Shown here: positions 54,634 through 62,640 of the stretch, piece by piece | Layout: each line of letters opens with the position of its first letter | Numbering within the stretch: position 1 is the stretch's first letter | Translations under genes and position numbers: made by a program | Notes under the pieces: model-generated | Seen by the model: only the letters and a program-made list of their open reading frames with translations | Database searches by the model: none | Told to the model about the DNA's origin: nothing | NCBI GenBank assembly: GCA_963756515.1 | Contig: CAVWNV010000007.1 | Coordinates: 27,108 to 91,107 of the forward strand | Reading direction: 5' to 3' | Length of the DNA: 64,000 nt | From: an uncultured Acidimicrobiaceae bacterium | GTDB lineage: Bacteria; Actinomycetota; Acidimicrobiia; Acidimicrobiales; RAAP-2

Positions 54634-55644
54634 TCACGCCGGTGCCCCGCCGGGCGCGGCGTACACGTCGACCCACGCATCGGCGGCGACGGGCAGATCG
54701 TCGGCCAGCGCGGTGGTGAATGCCGCCGCCACCTCCTCGGCGGCCCGGGTCTCGATGGCGCCGGCACCGGCCTCGTCGACCACGCCGGCCTGCACCAGTC
54801 GGGCGCGGTATCGGGCCACCGGCTCGGCCGCCCTGGCCGCATCGACCTCATCGGCCGGCATGTACCGCATGGGGTCGCCGAAGTAGTGGCCGAAGAGCCG
54901 GTAGGTGGTGCACTCGAGGAGGGTGGGACCGTCCCCGGCCCGGGCCCGATCGACGGCGGTGCCGAGGGCGGCGTGCACGGCGTCGGGGTCGTTGCCGTCC
55001 ACCCGCACCCCCTCGACCGCGTACCCGCCGGCCCGGTCGGCCACGTGGGCCACCGGCTGGGCGTCCGCCGTGGGCGTCATCTCCGCGTACTGGTTGTTCT
55101 GGCACACGAAGACGACCGGAAGGCGCCACAGGGCGGCCAGGTTCAGCGCCTCGTGGAAGGAGCCGGTCCCGGTGGCCCCGTCGCCGAAGCTGGCCACGGT
55201 GACCTGGTCGGTCCCCCGCAGCTGGGCGGCCAATCCCACGCCGACGGCGATGGGCAGACCCGACCCCACGATCCCGGTCGAGAGGACCAGGCCCGAGGGC
55301 GGGTGGGCGATGTGCATGGCACCCCCCTTGCCGGCGTTGACCCCGGTGCGACGGGTCAGGATCTCGGCCACCAGGGCGCCCACGGGCACGCCTTTGGCCA
55401 ACTGGTCGTGCAGACCCCGATAGGTGCTCACCAACTGGTCGTCGGGGCGAAGGACGGCACCCAAGGCGGCGGCGATGGCCTCCTGTCCCGTGGCCGGCCA
55501 GTAGGTGCAGGCGAACTCACCGGCGCTGAGCCCGCGCCGGACCCGTTCGTCGCAGGACCGGATCAGCACCATCAGCTCGTACATGTGGAGCCGGGCCGCC
55601 CCCGGTCCCTGGTCGCCGGCGCCGCTCACCGGATCCCCGGGCAC
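54634..55644 (-). CDS. 2-oxoacid/acetoin dehydrogenase E1 component, alpha subunit (TPP-dependent)
   Basis: TPP motif 'GDGATGTGSFHEALNLAALWRLPVVFVCQNNQYA'. The GTG start directly abuts the upstream TAG (55645-55647). Confidence 0.9.
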   Translation of the reverse strand: MPGDPVSGAGDQGPGAARLHMYELMVLIRSCDERVRRGLSAGEFACTYWPATGQEAIAAALGAVLRPDDQLVSTYRGLHDQLAKGVPVGALVAEILTRRTGVNAGKGGAMHIAHPPSGLVLSTGIVGSGLPIAVGVGLAAQLRGTDQVTVASFGDGATGTGSFHEALNLAALWRLPVVFVCQNNQYAEMTPTADAQPVAHVADRAGGYAVEGVRVDGNDPDAVHAALGTAVDRARAGDGPTLLECTTYRLFGHYFGDPMRYMPADEVDAARAAEPVARYRARLVQAGVVDEAGAGAIETRAAEEVAAAFTTALADDLPVAADAWVDVYAAPGGAPA

Positions 55645-57327
55645 CTAGGCCGACCCGTCGCCGGCGCCGGCGGATGCGAAGGTGGCGGCGTGGGACCCGG
55701 CCGAATGGCCCCACACCAGGCCCATGCCGATCGAGGTACCCCCGCCGTAGTAGGCGGGTCCGGCCGGGCTGGCCACCACGTTGCCGGCGCCGTACAGGCC
55801 GGGGATGGGACGGTCGCGGACGTGGAGTACCCGGCCGTGGGCGTCCACCCGCGGTCCACCCTTGGTGCCGACCGAGCCGATGTGCACCGGCAGGGCGAAG
55901 TACGGTCCCCGCTCGATCGAACCCAGGTTGGGATGGGCGGCACGCGGGTCGCCGTGGAACCGGTCGTAGGCGCTCGACCCCCGGTCGAAGTCGCGGTCGC
56001 GGCCATCGGCCACGAACCGGTTCCACCGCTCGACCGTCGCCAGCAGCCCGCCGGGATCGATGCCGACCGTCTCAGCCAGGCCTTCCAGCGTGTCGTGGAC
56101 GGCCAGCCAACTGGGATCGGCGTCGCCCGGCCGCGAGGTGACCACCGGGTACCTGGCCCGGTACTGCTGATCGAACACGACCCAGCTCGGCAGGTGCCTG
56201 GTGGTGTACTCGTTCACGTCGAAGGAGAAGAACGCCTTCTGCATGTCGTTGTAGTTGCCGGCCTCGTTCACGAAGCGGTCGCCGAAGCGGTCGACGATGA
56301 TCGAGTGGGGGGCGGTGCGCTCCACGCCGATGAACCGGGCCAGGGGACGGTGGTCGTACTGCTCGGCCGGTAAGGACGCGGCCGGATACCACCAGGTCTC
56401 GTTCATGTTGCCGAGATCCGCACCGACCTCCATGGCCATGAGCAGCCCGTCACCCTCGTTGGCCGGCGGGCTGTGGGGATGGGTCAGGGGGCCGGGCAGG
56501 AACCGTTGGCGCAGTGGTGCGTTCCACTCGAATCCTCCCGAGGCCAGGACCACGGCCCGGGCCGGAACGGCGGTGCGGTGGTTGTCCTCGTCCACCACCA
56601 GGCCCGAGACGGCCCCGTCGCGCATGGTGATCTCGACGGCCCGGGTGTCGAGGCGCGGTTCGATGCCGCGGTGGAGACAGGCCTCGAGGAGGCTGCCGAT
56701 CAAGGCCTGGCCGCAGGCCACCTGGCCCCGTTGGACCCGCGCCTGCACCACGGCGGAGTCGAAGCGCTCGGGGGTGTAGGTGGGTCGCCACTCCACGGTG
56801 GCCTCCTGCAGGGTGATCGGCGCCGACAGCACCGGTGCCCGGCGGAGGCGTCCGGCCCACGACCCCAGCCGACCGGTGTCGTAGAGCGCCGGCTCGAGCA
56901 TCCGGCCCGACACCTTGGCCCCTTCCATCTCGGGGTGGTAGTCGGGCCACGTCATGGGGCGAAGCGCCAACGGGGTCTGGCGCTCGAGCTCGGCCAGTAT
57001 GCCCGGACCCTCGTCGACGTAGCGCTCGAGCAGCTCGACCGGCGTGCGCCCGGCGGTGAGCCGGGCCATGTAGGCCAGGGCCTCGGCCCGCGAGTCCACG
57101 GTCCCGACCTCGGCCATGTGGTCGTTCTGCGGCATCCAGACTCCGCCGCCCGAGACCGCAGTGGTCCCGCCGACGGCCGAGGTGCGCTCCACTACGACCA
57201 CCCGGGCCCCCCGGTCGTGGGCCGTGACCGCCGCGGCCAGGGCCGCGGCTCCGGTGCCCACCACCACGACCACCTGGTCGGGCGTCACCGGCAGCGGCGG
57301 GGAGTCCGGACGGTGCGCGTCGGTCAC
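55645..57327 (-). CDS. FAD-dependent oxidoreductase, 3-ketosteroid-delta1-dehydrogenase (KstD)/fumarate-reductase-flavoprotein-like
   Basis: 'VVVVGTGAAALAAAVTAHDRGARVVVVERTSAVGGTTAVSGGGVWMP' and a C-terminal 'GLYGAGNVV'. The GTG start overlaps the upstream stop (GTGA, 57324-57327). Confidence 0.85.
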   Translation of the reverse strand: MTDAHRPDSPPLPVTPDQVVVVVGTGAAALAAAVTAHDRGARVVVVERTSAVGGTTAVSGGGVWMPQNDHMAEVGTVDSRAEALAYMARLTAGRTPVELLERYVDEGPGILAELERQTPLALRPMTWPDYHPEMEGAKVSGRMLEPALYDTGRLGSWAGRLRRAPVLSAPITLQEATVEWRPTYTPERFDSAVVQARVQRGQVACGQALIGSLLEACLHRGIEPRLDTRAVEITMRDGAVSGLVVDEDNHRTAVPARAVVLASGGFEWNAPLRQRFLPGPLTHPHSPPANEGDGLLMAMEVGADLGNMNETWWYPAASLPAEQYDHRPLARFIGVERTAPHSIIVDRFGDRFVNEAGNYNDMQKAFFSFDVNEYTTRHLPSWVVFDQQYRARYPVVTSRPGDADPSWLAVHDTLEGLAETVGIDPGGLLATVERWNRFVADGRDRDFDRGSSAYDRFHGDPRAAHPNLGSIERGPYFALPVHIGSVGTKGGPRVDAHGRVLHVRDRPIPGLYGAGNVVASPAGPAYYGGGTSIGMGLVWGHSAGSHAATFASAGAGDGSA

Positions 57328-58628
57328 GGCCGGGCCAGGTAATGGTCGAGGTGCCGGTGCATGTTCGTGATCCCGCCCTCGTAGGTGTGGGAGAGTCGCA
57401 GGGCGTCGACACTCGAGCTGTGGACCCCCCGCTGTTGGCGCTCGATGTTGGAGAAGTCCTGGAGCGGGATGCGGGGCCAGTGCTCGGTGTCGTCCGGGGC
57501 GAACGGGCCCTGTCGCGCCGGTCTGGGGACGGCGTCGCCCTCGGCCGGGATGGTCAGTGACCACAGCTCGAAGATGCACGACTCGGGGTCGTCGCCGTTG
57601 GGGCGGGACCGGTAGACCAGTGCGTTCCCGTACTGGGGCAGCACGAAGTAGTTGGGGAAGTGGAAGAACATCCCGCCCCAACGGGCCAGGGCGGCCGGAT
57701 CGGGCCGGGGCAGCGGGATGCCGGCGCCGGCCGCATACTCGTAGAGGGCCTTCACCAGTTCGGCGCCGAAGGTGCTCCCCTCGGGGACGGGCCGGTTCCG
57801 CATCCCCTCGATGACGTGCACCTCACGCTCCAGGGTCATGGCCTCGAGCCCCGCGCTCAGCAGGCGCACCGACTCGACGATGGCGTCGATCTCGCCCACG
57901 CCCACCTGCCGGCCCTTCTTGGCCTGGGCGTTCGGGCGGAGCTGGAAGCTCGAGTGCCCGTTCTCGTACACCGAGTACTCGAGGCTGTCGGGGTCGTAAT
58001 GCTCGGGGTGGCCCAGGGTCAGCTGGGGGTGGGTCTGGGGGACGTGGTAGCCCTCCAGGAACGCCTCCTGGGCCATCTTCCAGTTGGCCGGGAGGACGAC
58101 CTCCTTCCACCAGACCACCCGCATGTCACCGATCCCGAGCGGGTCGAGCAGGCTCGGAATGGGGTCCAGGGCCTCCCGTAGGGGCGGGGCATCGGTGTCG
58201 AGGTTGACCCAGACGCATGCGGCCCAGGTGTCCACCAGGGCCTCGCGCAGGCACAGGTCGGCCGGGTCCAGCAGGTCCGGGTCGAAGGCGTGGGCGCCGT
58301 AGACGAACGAGTTGGTGCCGTCGAGGTTCCACCGCCAGCCGTGGAAGGGGCACACGATCTGGCCCCGTGGGAACGTGCCGGATCCCTTGGCCAGTTCGGT
58401 GGCCCGGTGGCGGCAGGCGTTGAGGTAGGCCCTGACGGTGTGGTCGTCGGTGCGGACGACGAGTACCGACTGGTCGGCGATGGTGTACTCCACGAAGTCC
58501 CCCGGCGCGGGAACCTCCTCCAGCCGGCACGCCATCTGCCAGGTGTGGGGCCAGAGATACCGCCGCTCGAACTCGGCGAAGTCCGGGTCGTAGTAGCGCT
58601 CGACCGGGACGCGGTCGGCAACGGTCAT
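57324..58628 (-). CDS. Rieske non-heme iron oxygenase, alpha subunit
   Basis: Rieske 'CRHRATEL...CPFHGWRW' and the mononuclear iron motif 'EGYHVPQTHP'. ATG 58628 (residue 66 of the ORF). Confidence 0.9.
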   Translation of the reverse strand: MTVADRVPVERYYDPDFAEFERRYLWPHTWQMACRLEEVPAPGDFVEYTIADQSVLVVRTDDHTVRAYLNACRHRATELAKGSGTFPRGQIVCPFHGWRWNLDGTNSFVYGAHAFDPDLLDPADLCLREALVDTWAACVWVNLDTDAPPLREALDPIPSLLDPLGIGDMRVVWWKEVVLPANWKMAQEAFLEGYHVPQTHPQLTLGHPEHYDPDSLEYSVYENGHSSFQLRPNAQAKKGRQVGVGEIDAIVESVRLLSAGLEAMTLEREVHVIEGMRNRPVPEGSTFGAELVKALYEYAAGAGIPLPRPDPAALARWGGMFFHFPNYFVLPQYGNALVYRSRPNGDDPESCIFELWSLTIPAEGDAVPRPARQGPFAPDDTEHWPRIPLQDFSNIERQQRGVHSSSVDALRLSHTYEGGITNMHRHLDHYLARP

Positions 58629-58698
58629 GGCGAAGGGGATCCGCCGGCCGCCGGCCTCCCGGGGTCCGGCGTCGGGACCATGCCGGTCGAGTCCGACG

Positions 58699-59103
58699 TC
58701 AACCATTCGAGACCGGGGCCGGAAGTCCGAGCATGGTGATGGCGCGTTGGCTGAACTGCCACCGCCCGCCGTACCGGACCAGCTGGTCGTGGTAGCGGCC
58801 GGCCGCGATGAGCTCGAGCCCACCGGCCGAAGGTCGCACGAAGAGGTAGTCGGTGGTGGCGGCGGCGGTGTTGCCGTCCACGTCGATCAGGGTGTTACCG
58901 GTGATGTGCTTCCCTCTCGCCGCCGGTGGCTGCACCCCTTCCATGTACGCCTTGATGGCCGCCCGCCCGTCGGTGGTCTGTTGGCCGAACACCAGTCGGG
59001 CATCCTCGGTGAACAGCTCGGACCACTGGTCGAAGTGACCGTCGTCGCACCACTGGCTGTACTCGGCGATCGTCCGCCGGATCCCGTCCTCATCTTCCCC
59101 CAC
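58699..59103 (-). CDS. SnoaL-like / NTF2-fold protein
   Basis: 134 aa, 'IRRTIAEYSQWCDDGHFDQWSELFTEDARLVF...GRYHDQLVRYGGRWQF'. GGGGAGGGAAG lies upstream of the GTG. Confidence 0.8.
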   Translation of the reverse strand: MGEDEDGIRRTIAEYSQWCDDGHFDQWSELFTEDARLVFGQQTTDGRAAIKAYMEGVQPPAARGKHITGNTLIDVDGNTAAATTDYLFVRPSAGGLELIAAGRYHDQLVRYGGRWQFSQRAITMLGLPAPVSNG

Positions 59104-59230
59104 GGTGCTTCCCTCCCCGTCCCAGGGCCGGACCGTCCAGCGGTCAGGCGGGTCTCATGTTATGCGTGCCTCCGACTCCGTCGCTGGGGGCGGAGGTGTC
59201 GGCCGCCCCGGTCGCCGACCGGCCGAGGGG

Positions 59231-59476
59231 TCAGCCGGACCCCTCGTCGAGCTCGCCCACGACCTCGCCCACCGGGTAGGTCACCCCCTCGGTGCCGACC
59301 CGACGGAGGACCCCGGCGGTGGGTGCGGTGATCTCGCTCTCCACCTTGTCCGTCTCCAGCACGTAGAGAGGTTCGTCCTGGGCCACGGCCGCGCCGTCGT
59401 CGACGAGCCATTGGGCCAGGGTGGCCTCCGTCATCTCCATGCCCAACTTCGGAATGCGGATCTGGATGCTCGTCAC
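59231..59476 (-). CDS. free-standing lipoyl-attachment domain protein (81 aa)
   Basis: 'IRIPKLGMEMTEATLAQWLVDDGAAVAQDEPLYVLETDKVESEITAPTAGVL' is an E2-type lipoyl domain with the lipoyl-lysine motif ETDKV. A stop follows directly, with no linker or catalytic domain. GTG 59476 (residue 52 of the ORF). Confidence 0.75.
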   Translation of the reverse strand: MTSIQIRIPKLGMEMTEATLAQWLVDDGAAVAQDEPLYVLETDKVESEITAPTAGVLRRVGTEGVTYPVGEVVGELDEGSG

Positions 59477-59606
59477 CCCCTCGAGGTCGGCTCGCCGTTG
59501 GCGAGACACTACCCACGCCGCGGCCGGGGTTCCGAACGGACTTCTTTGGTAGCTTCGCGACCCGGTGGGGGACCCGCCGCCACCACCGTCCGGACAGGAG
59601 CAGGCC

Positions 59607-60497
59607 ATGGAGACCCGAGAGCTGGACACGGTCGTCTACGAGAAGGACGGACCGGTGGCCTGGATCACGCTGGACTTCCAGGAGAAGGCCAACGTCCAGT
59701 CCTCCGGCCTGGTGTTCGACGTGGACACCTGTCTCGACGACGCCGACCGTGACTACGAGATCAAGGTCGTGGTCCTGAAGGCCAACGGGCCCGGCTTCAG
59801 TGCCGGCCACGTGGTGCAGGGTTCGCCGGGGACCGAAATGCGCGAGATCGACGAGAGCACGGCCAAGCTCGGTAGCCCGTGGAAGGGTCAGTGGGACATC
59901 TACGGCACGCCGGTGTTGAAGCTGTGGGACTTCCCGAAGGTGACCATCGCCCAAGTCCACGGGTACTGCCTCGGCGGCGGCACCATCTGGGGGCTGCTGA
60001 CGGACATGACGGTGGCGTCCGAAGACGCCTATTTCCAGTTCCCGGTGCTCCAGGGTATGGCCATGCCCACCATGGAGACCGGCATCGAGCCCTGGATCTT
60101 CATGAACTGGAAGCGGGCCTCCGAGTACATGTACACCGGCCAGGAGCTGGGCGCGGCGGAGGCGAAGGAGATGGGTCTGATCAACCGGGTCGTACCCCGG
60201 GAGCGCCTCGACGACGAGGTCAACGAGTTGGCCTTCCACGTGGCCCAGGCCCCGCTGACCACCCTGATGGCGGCCAAGGCCAACATCAGGAGGGCCTGGG
60301 ACCTGATGGGGCTCCGCACCCATCTGCAGCAGTCGAACGATCTGTTGACGGTGGCCACCCAGGCCACGGACGTGAAGGAGTACATACGCGACGTGTTCCA
60401 GGCCGGGCTCCGGCCCCGTGACGCGGCCCAGCGCAATGCCGAGCGGGCCAAGGTGTTGGCGGCCGAGTCGAAGGCGCGGTCGACGTCAGCAAGCTGA
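59607..60497 (+). CDS. enoyl-CoA hydratase/isomerase (crotonase) family protein
   Basis: 'VVYEKDGPVAWITLDFQEKANV...VVLKANGPGFSAGH...AQVHGYCLGGG'. CAGGAG lies before ATG 59607. Confidence 0.9.
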   Translation: METRELDTVVYEKDGPVAWITLDFQEKANVQSSGLVFDVDTCLDDADRDYEIKVVVLKANGPGFSAGHVVQGSPGTEMREIDESTAKLGSPWKGQWDIYGTPVLKLWDFPKVTIAQVHGYCLGGGTIWGLLTDMTVASEDAYFQFPVLQGMAMPTMETGIEPWIFMNWKRASEYMYTGQELGAAEAKEMGLINRVVPRERLDDEVNELAFHVAQAPLTTLMAAKANIRRAWDLMGLRTHLQQSNDLLTVATQATDVKEYIRDVFQAGLRPRDAAQRNAERAKVLAAESKARSTSAS

Positions 60498-60504
60498 CGT
60501 CTGA

Positions 60505-61152
60505 CTAAGCGGCTCGTTCCGGTAGTGAGAAGCGACGGCGGATGGTGGCCTGCACCTCGTCCACCGGGCGGGTGGCGTCGAAGGTGGCCACGAACTCCTT
60601 GCGCTCGAAGATCTCGATGAGCGGTTTGGTCTCCTCGTGGTATTCGGCCAGCCGGACCGCCAGTGCCTCGGGGTTGTCGTCGGCCCGGGCCACCAGGGTG
60701 CCGTGGCACACGTCGCAGGTGTCGGGCCGCTGGGGCCGGTGGGCCATCAGGTTGTAGTCCAGCCCGCACTGGGAGCAGAGTCGCCGGGCCATGACCCTGC
60801 GCACCACTTCGTCGTCGGGGAGATGCAGGTTGATCACACCGTCGATGTCGTAGGTCTCGAGGAAGAACTCGGCCTGGCGGGCGTTGCGGGGGAAGCCGTC
60901 GACGATGAAGCCGTAGTTCCAGTCGTGCTCGGCCAACCTGTCCCGGACCACGGACTCGACGAGGTCGTCGTCGACCAGGTGGCCACTGGCCATGATGCGC
61001 TTCACCTGGGCCCCGAGTTTGGTGTGGTGCTGCACGTTCCACCGGAAGATGTCCCCGACGCTCACGTGTTCGAGCTCGAGGTCCTCGGCCAGCAGCTTGG
61101 CCTGGGTGCCCTTCCCGCTGCCCTGGATCCCCATGATGATGAACTTGCGCAC
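60505..61152 (-). CDS. adk: adenylate kinase (long form with Zn-type lid)
   Basis: P-loop 'GIQGSGKGTQ', 'GFIVDGFPRN' and lid cysteines 'CSQCG...CDVCHG'. GTG start. Confidence 0.9.
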   Translation of the reverse strand: MRKFIIMGIQGSGKGTQAKLLAEDLELEHVSVGDIFRWNVQHHTKLGAQVKRIMASGHLVDDDLVESVVRDRLAEHDWNYGFIVDGFPRNARQAEFFLETYDIDGVINLHLPDDEVVRRVMARRLCSQCGLDYNLMAHRPQRPDTCDVCHGTLVARADDNPEALAVRLAEYHEETKPLIEIFERKEFVATFDATRPVDEVQATIRRRFSLPERAA

Positions 61153-61220
61153 GGCGTCCTAGGCCCCGGTCCGGGCGGGCCGACCGGCCGAGGGCCCTCC
61201 CGTCGACCGCGGTGGAGGGT

Positions 61221-62165
61221 TCATCTGACGATGTAGCGCTTCGGCACCCATGTCTGGCTGTCGATGGGCGGGCGCTCGTACGAACGCTGCTGGCGGGCGG
61301 GCAGCTCGATGCTCTCGTGCGGGACCGCGTCATAGGGGACCACGTCGAGGAGGTGGCTGATGATGTTCAGCCGGGCCGCCTTCTTGTCGTCGGCGTCGAC
61401 GACGTACCAGGGCGCCTCTTTGATGTCGGTGTACGAGAACATCTCGTCCTTGGCCTCGGCGTAGTCCACCCACCGGGCCCGGGCCTCGAGGTCCATCGGG
61501 CTCAGCTTCCACCGCTTGCCCGGATTGTTGATCCGCTCGGTGAACCTCCGCTCCTGCTCGTCGTCGCTCAGGGACAGCCAGTACTTGATCAGGATGATCC
61601 CCGAGCGCACCAGGGCCCGTTCGATCTGGGGGCATGTCCGGAAGAACTCGGCGTGCTCCTCCTCGGTGCAGAACTCCATGACCCGCTCGACGCCGGCCCG
61701 GTTGTACCAACTTCGGTCGAACAGCACGATCTCACCGGCGGCGGGGAGGTGGGCGATGTAGCGCTGGAAGTACCACTGGGACCGTTCGCGGTCGGTCGGG
61801 GTCCCGAGGGCCACCACCCGGCAGTAGCGGGCGTTGAGCCGCTCCATGATCCGTTTGATGGTGCCGCCCTTGCCGGCGGTGTCCCGTCCCTCGAAGATGA
61901 CCATCACCCGCAGTCCCTCGTGGACGACCCACTCCTGCATCCGCACCAACTCGGTCTGGAGCCGGGCCAGTTCCTTCTCGTAGGCGCCCTTGCTCACCAC
62001 CTGCGGGTTCACGCCCGTCAGGACCTGGGGGGCGCCTTCGTGGGAGGCCGACACCTCCGAATGCCGATGGTCCTGGTGGACCGACCCGTTCTTGGTCACT
62101 GTGAAGGGATGGTAGCGGCCGACCTGCGGGGGAAGCGTTGCCGGAGCGTTAACATCCCGTCCCAT
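61221..62165 (-). CDS. ppk2: polyphosphate kinase 2 (single PPK2 domain)
   Basis: 'VMVIFEGRDTAGKGGTIKRI' (Walker A) and 'LFDRSWYNRAGVERV'. Start is ATG 62165 or GTG 62099. Confidence 0.9.
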   Translation of the reverse strand: MGRDVNAPATLPPQVGRYHPFTVTKNGSVHQDHRHSEVSASHEGAPQVLTGVNPQVVSKGAYEKELARLQTELVRMQEWVVHEGLRVMVIFEGRDTAGKGGTIKRIMERLNARYCRVVALGTPTDRERSQWYFQRYIAHLPAAGEIVLFDRSWYNRAGVERVMEFCTEEEHAEFFRTCPQIERALVRSGIILIKYWLSLSDDEQERRFTERINNPGKRWKLSPMDLEARARWVDYAEAKDEMFSYTDIKEAPWYVVDADDKKAARLNIISHLLDVVPYDAVPHESIELPARQQRSYERPPIDSQTWVPKRYIVR

Positions 62166-62622
62166 GGCCAACTCGACGGCTGACACGCACGGCGACGGCA
62201 CCCACACGCAGGGCAACAAGGCGAGGGTGGAGGCGTTCTGGGAGGCGCTGTACCGGCGGGACTGGGATGCCATCGGGGGCTTCTTCGGCCCCGACAGCGA
62301 GTACACCGACGTCCCCTCACCGGCCGACGACGTAGCCCGGGGTCCGGAGCTCATCGTCGCCCGTCTCCGCCTCGGGTTGGAACGGATCTCGGGCTACGAG
62401 CACGATCTCCGGCTGATGGTGGCCGAGGGCGACACGGTGGTGACCGAGCATGCCGAGACCTGGCACTGGCACACCGGCGAGGAGGTGACCCTCCCCTTCG
62501 TCTCTGTGCACGAGCTGCGCGACGGGACCATCACGCGCTGGTGGGACTACTGGGATCTCCAGACCCTGATGGGGGCGGCCCCGGCCTGGTGGGTCGAGCA
62601 CATCCTCCAGGGCTACACCTGA
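62164..62622 (+). CDS. SnoaL-like / limonene-1,2-epoxide hydrolase family protein
   Basis: 152 aa, 'NKARVEAFWEALYRRDWDAIGGFFGPDSEYTDVP...ITRWWDYWD'. Confidence 0.8.
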   Translation: MANSTADTHGDGTHTQGNKARVEAFWEALYRRDWDAIGGFFGPDSEYTDVPSPADDVARGPELIVARLRLGLERISGYEHDLRLMVAEGDTVVTEHAETWHWHTGEEVTLPFVSVHELRDGTITRWWDYWDLQTLMGAAPAWWVEHILQGYT

Positions 62623-62640
62623 GCGGCCGCGGGCCGCTCC

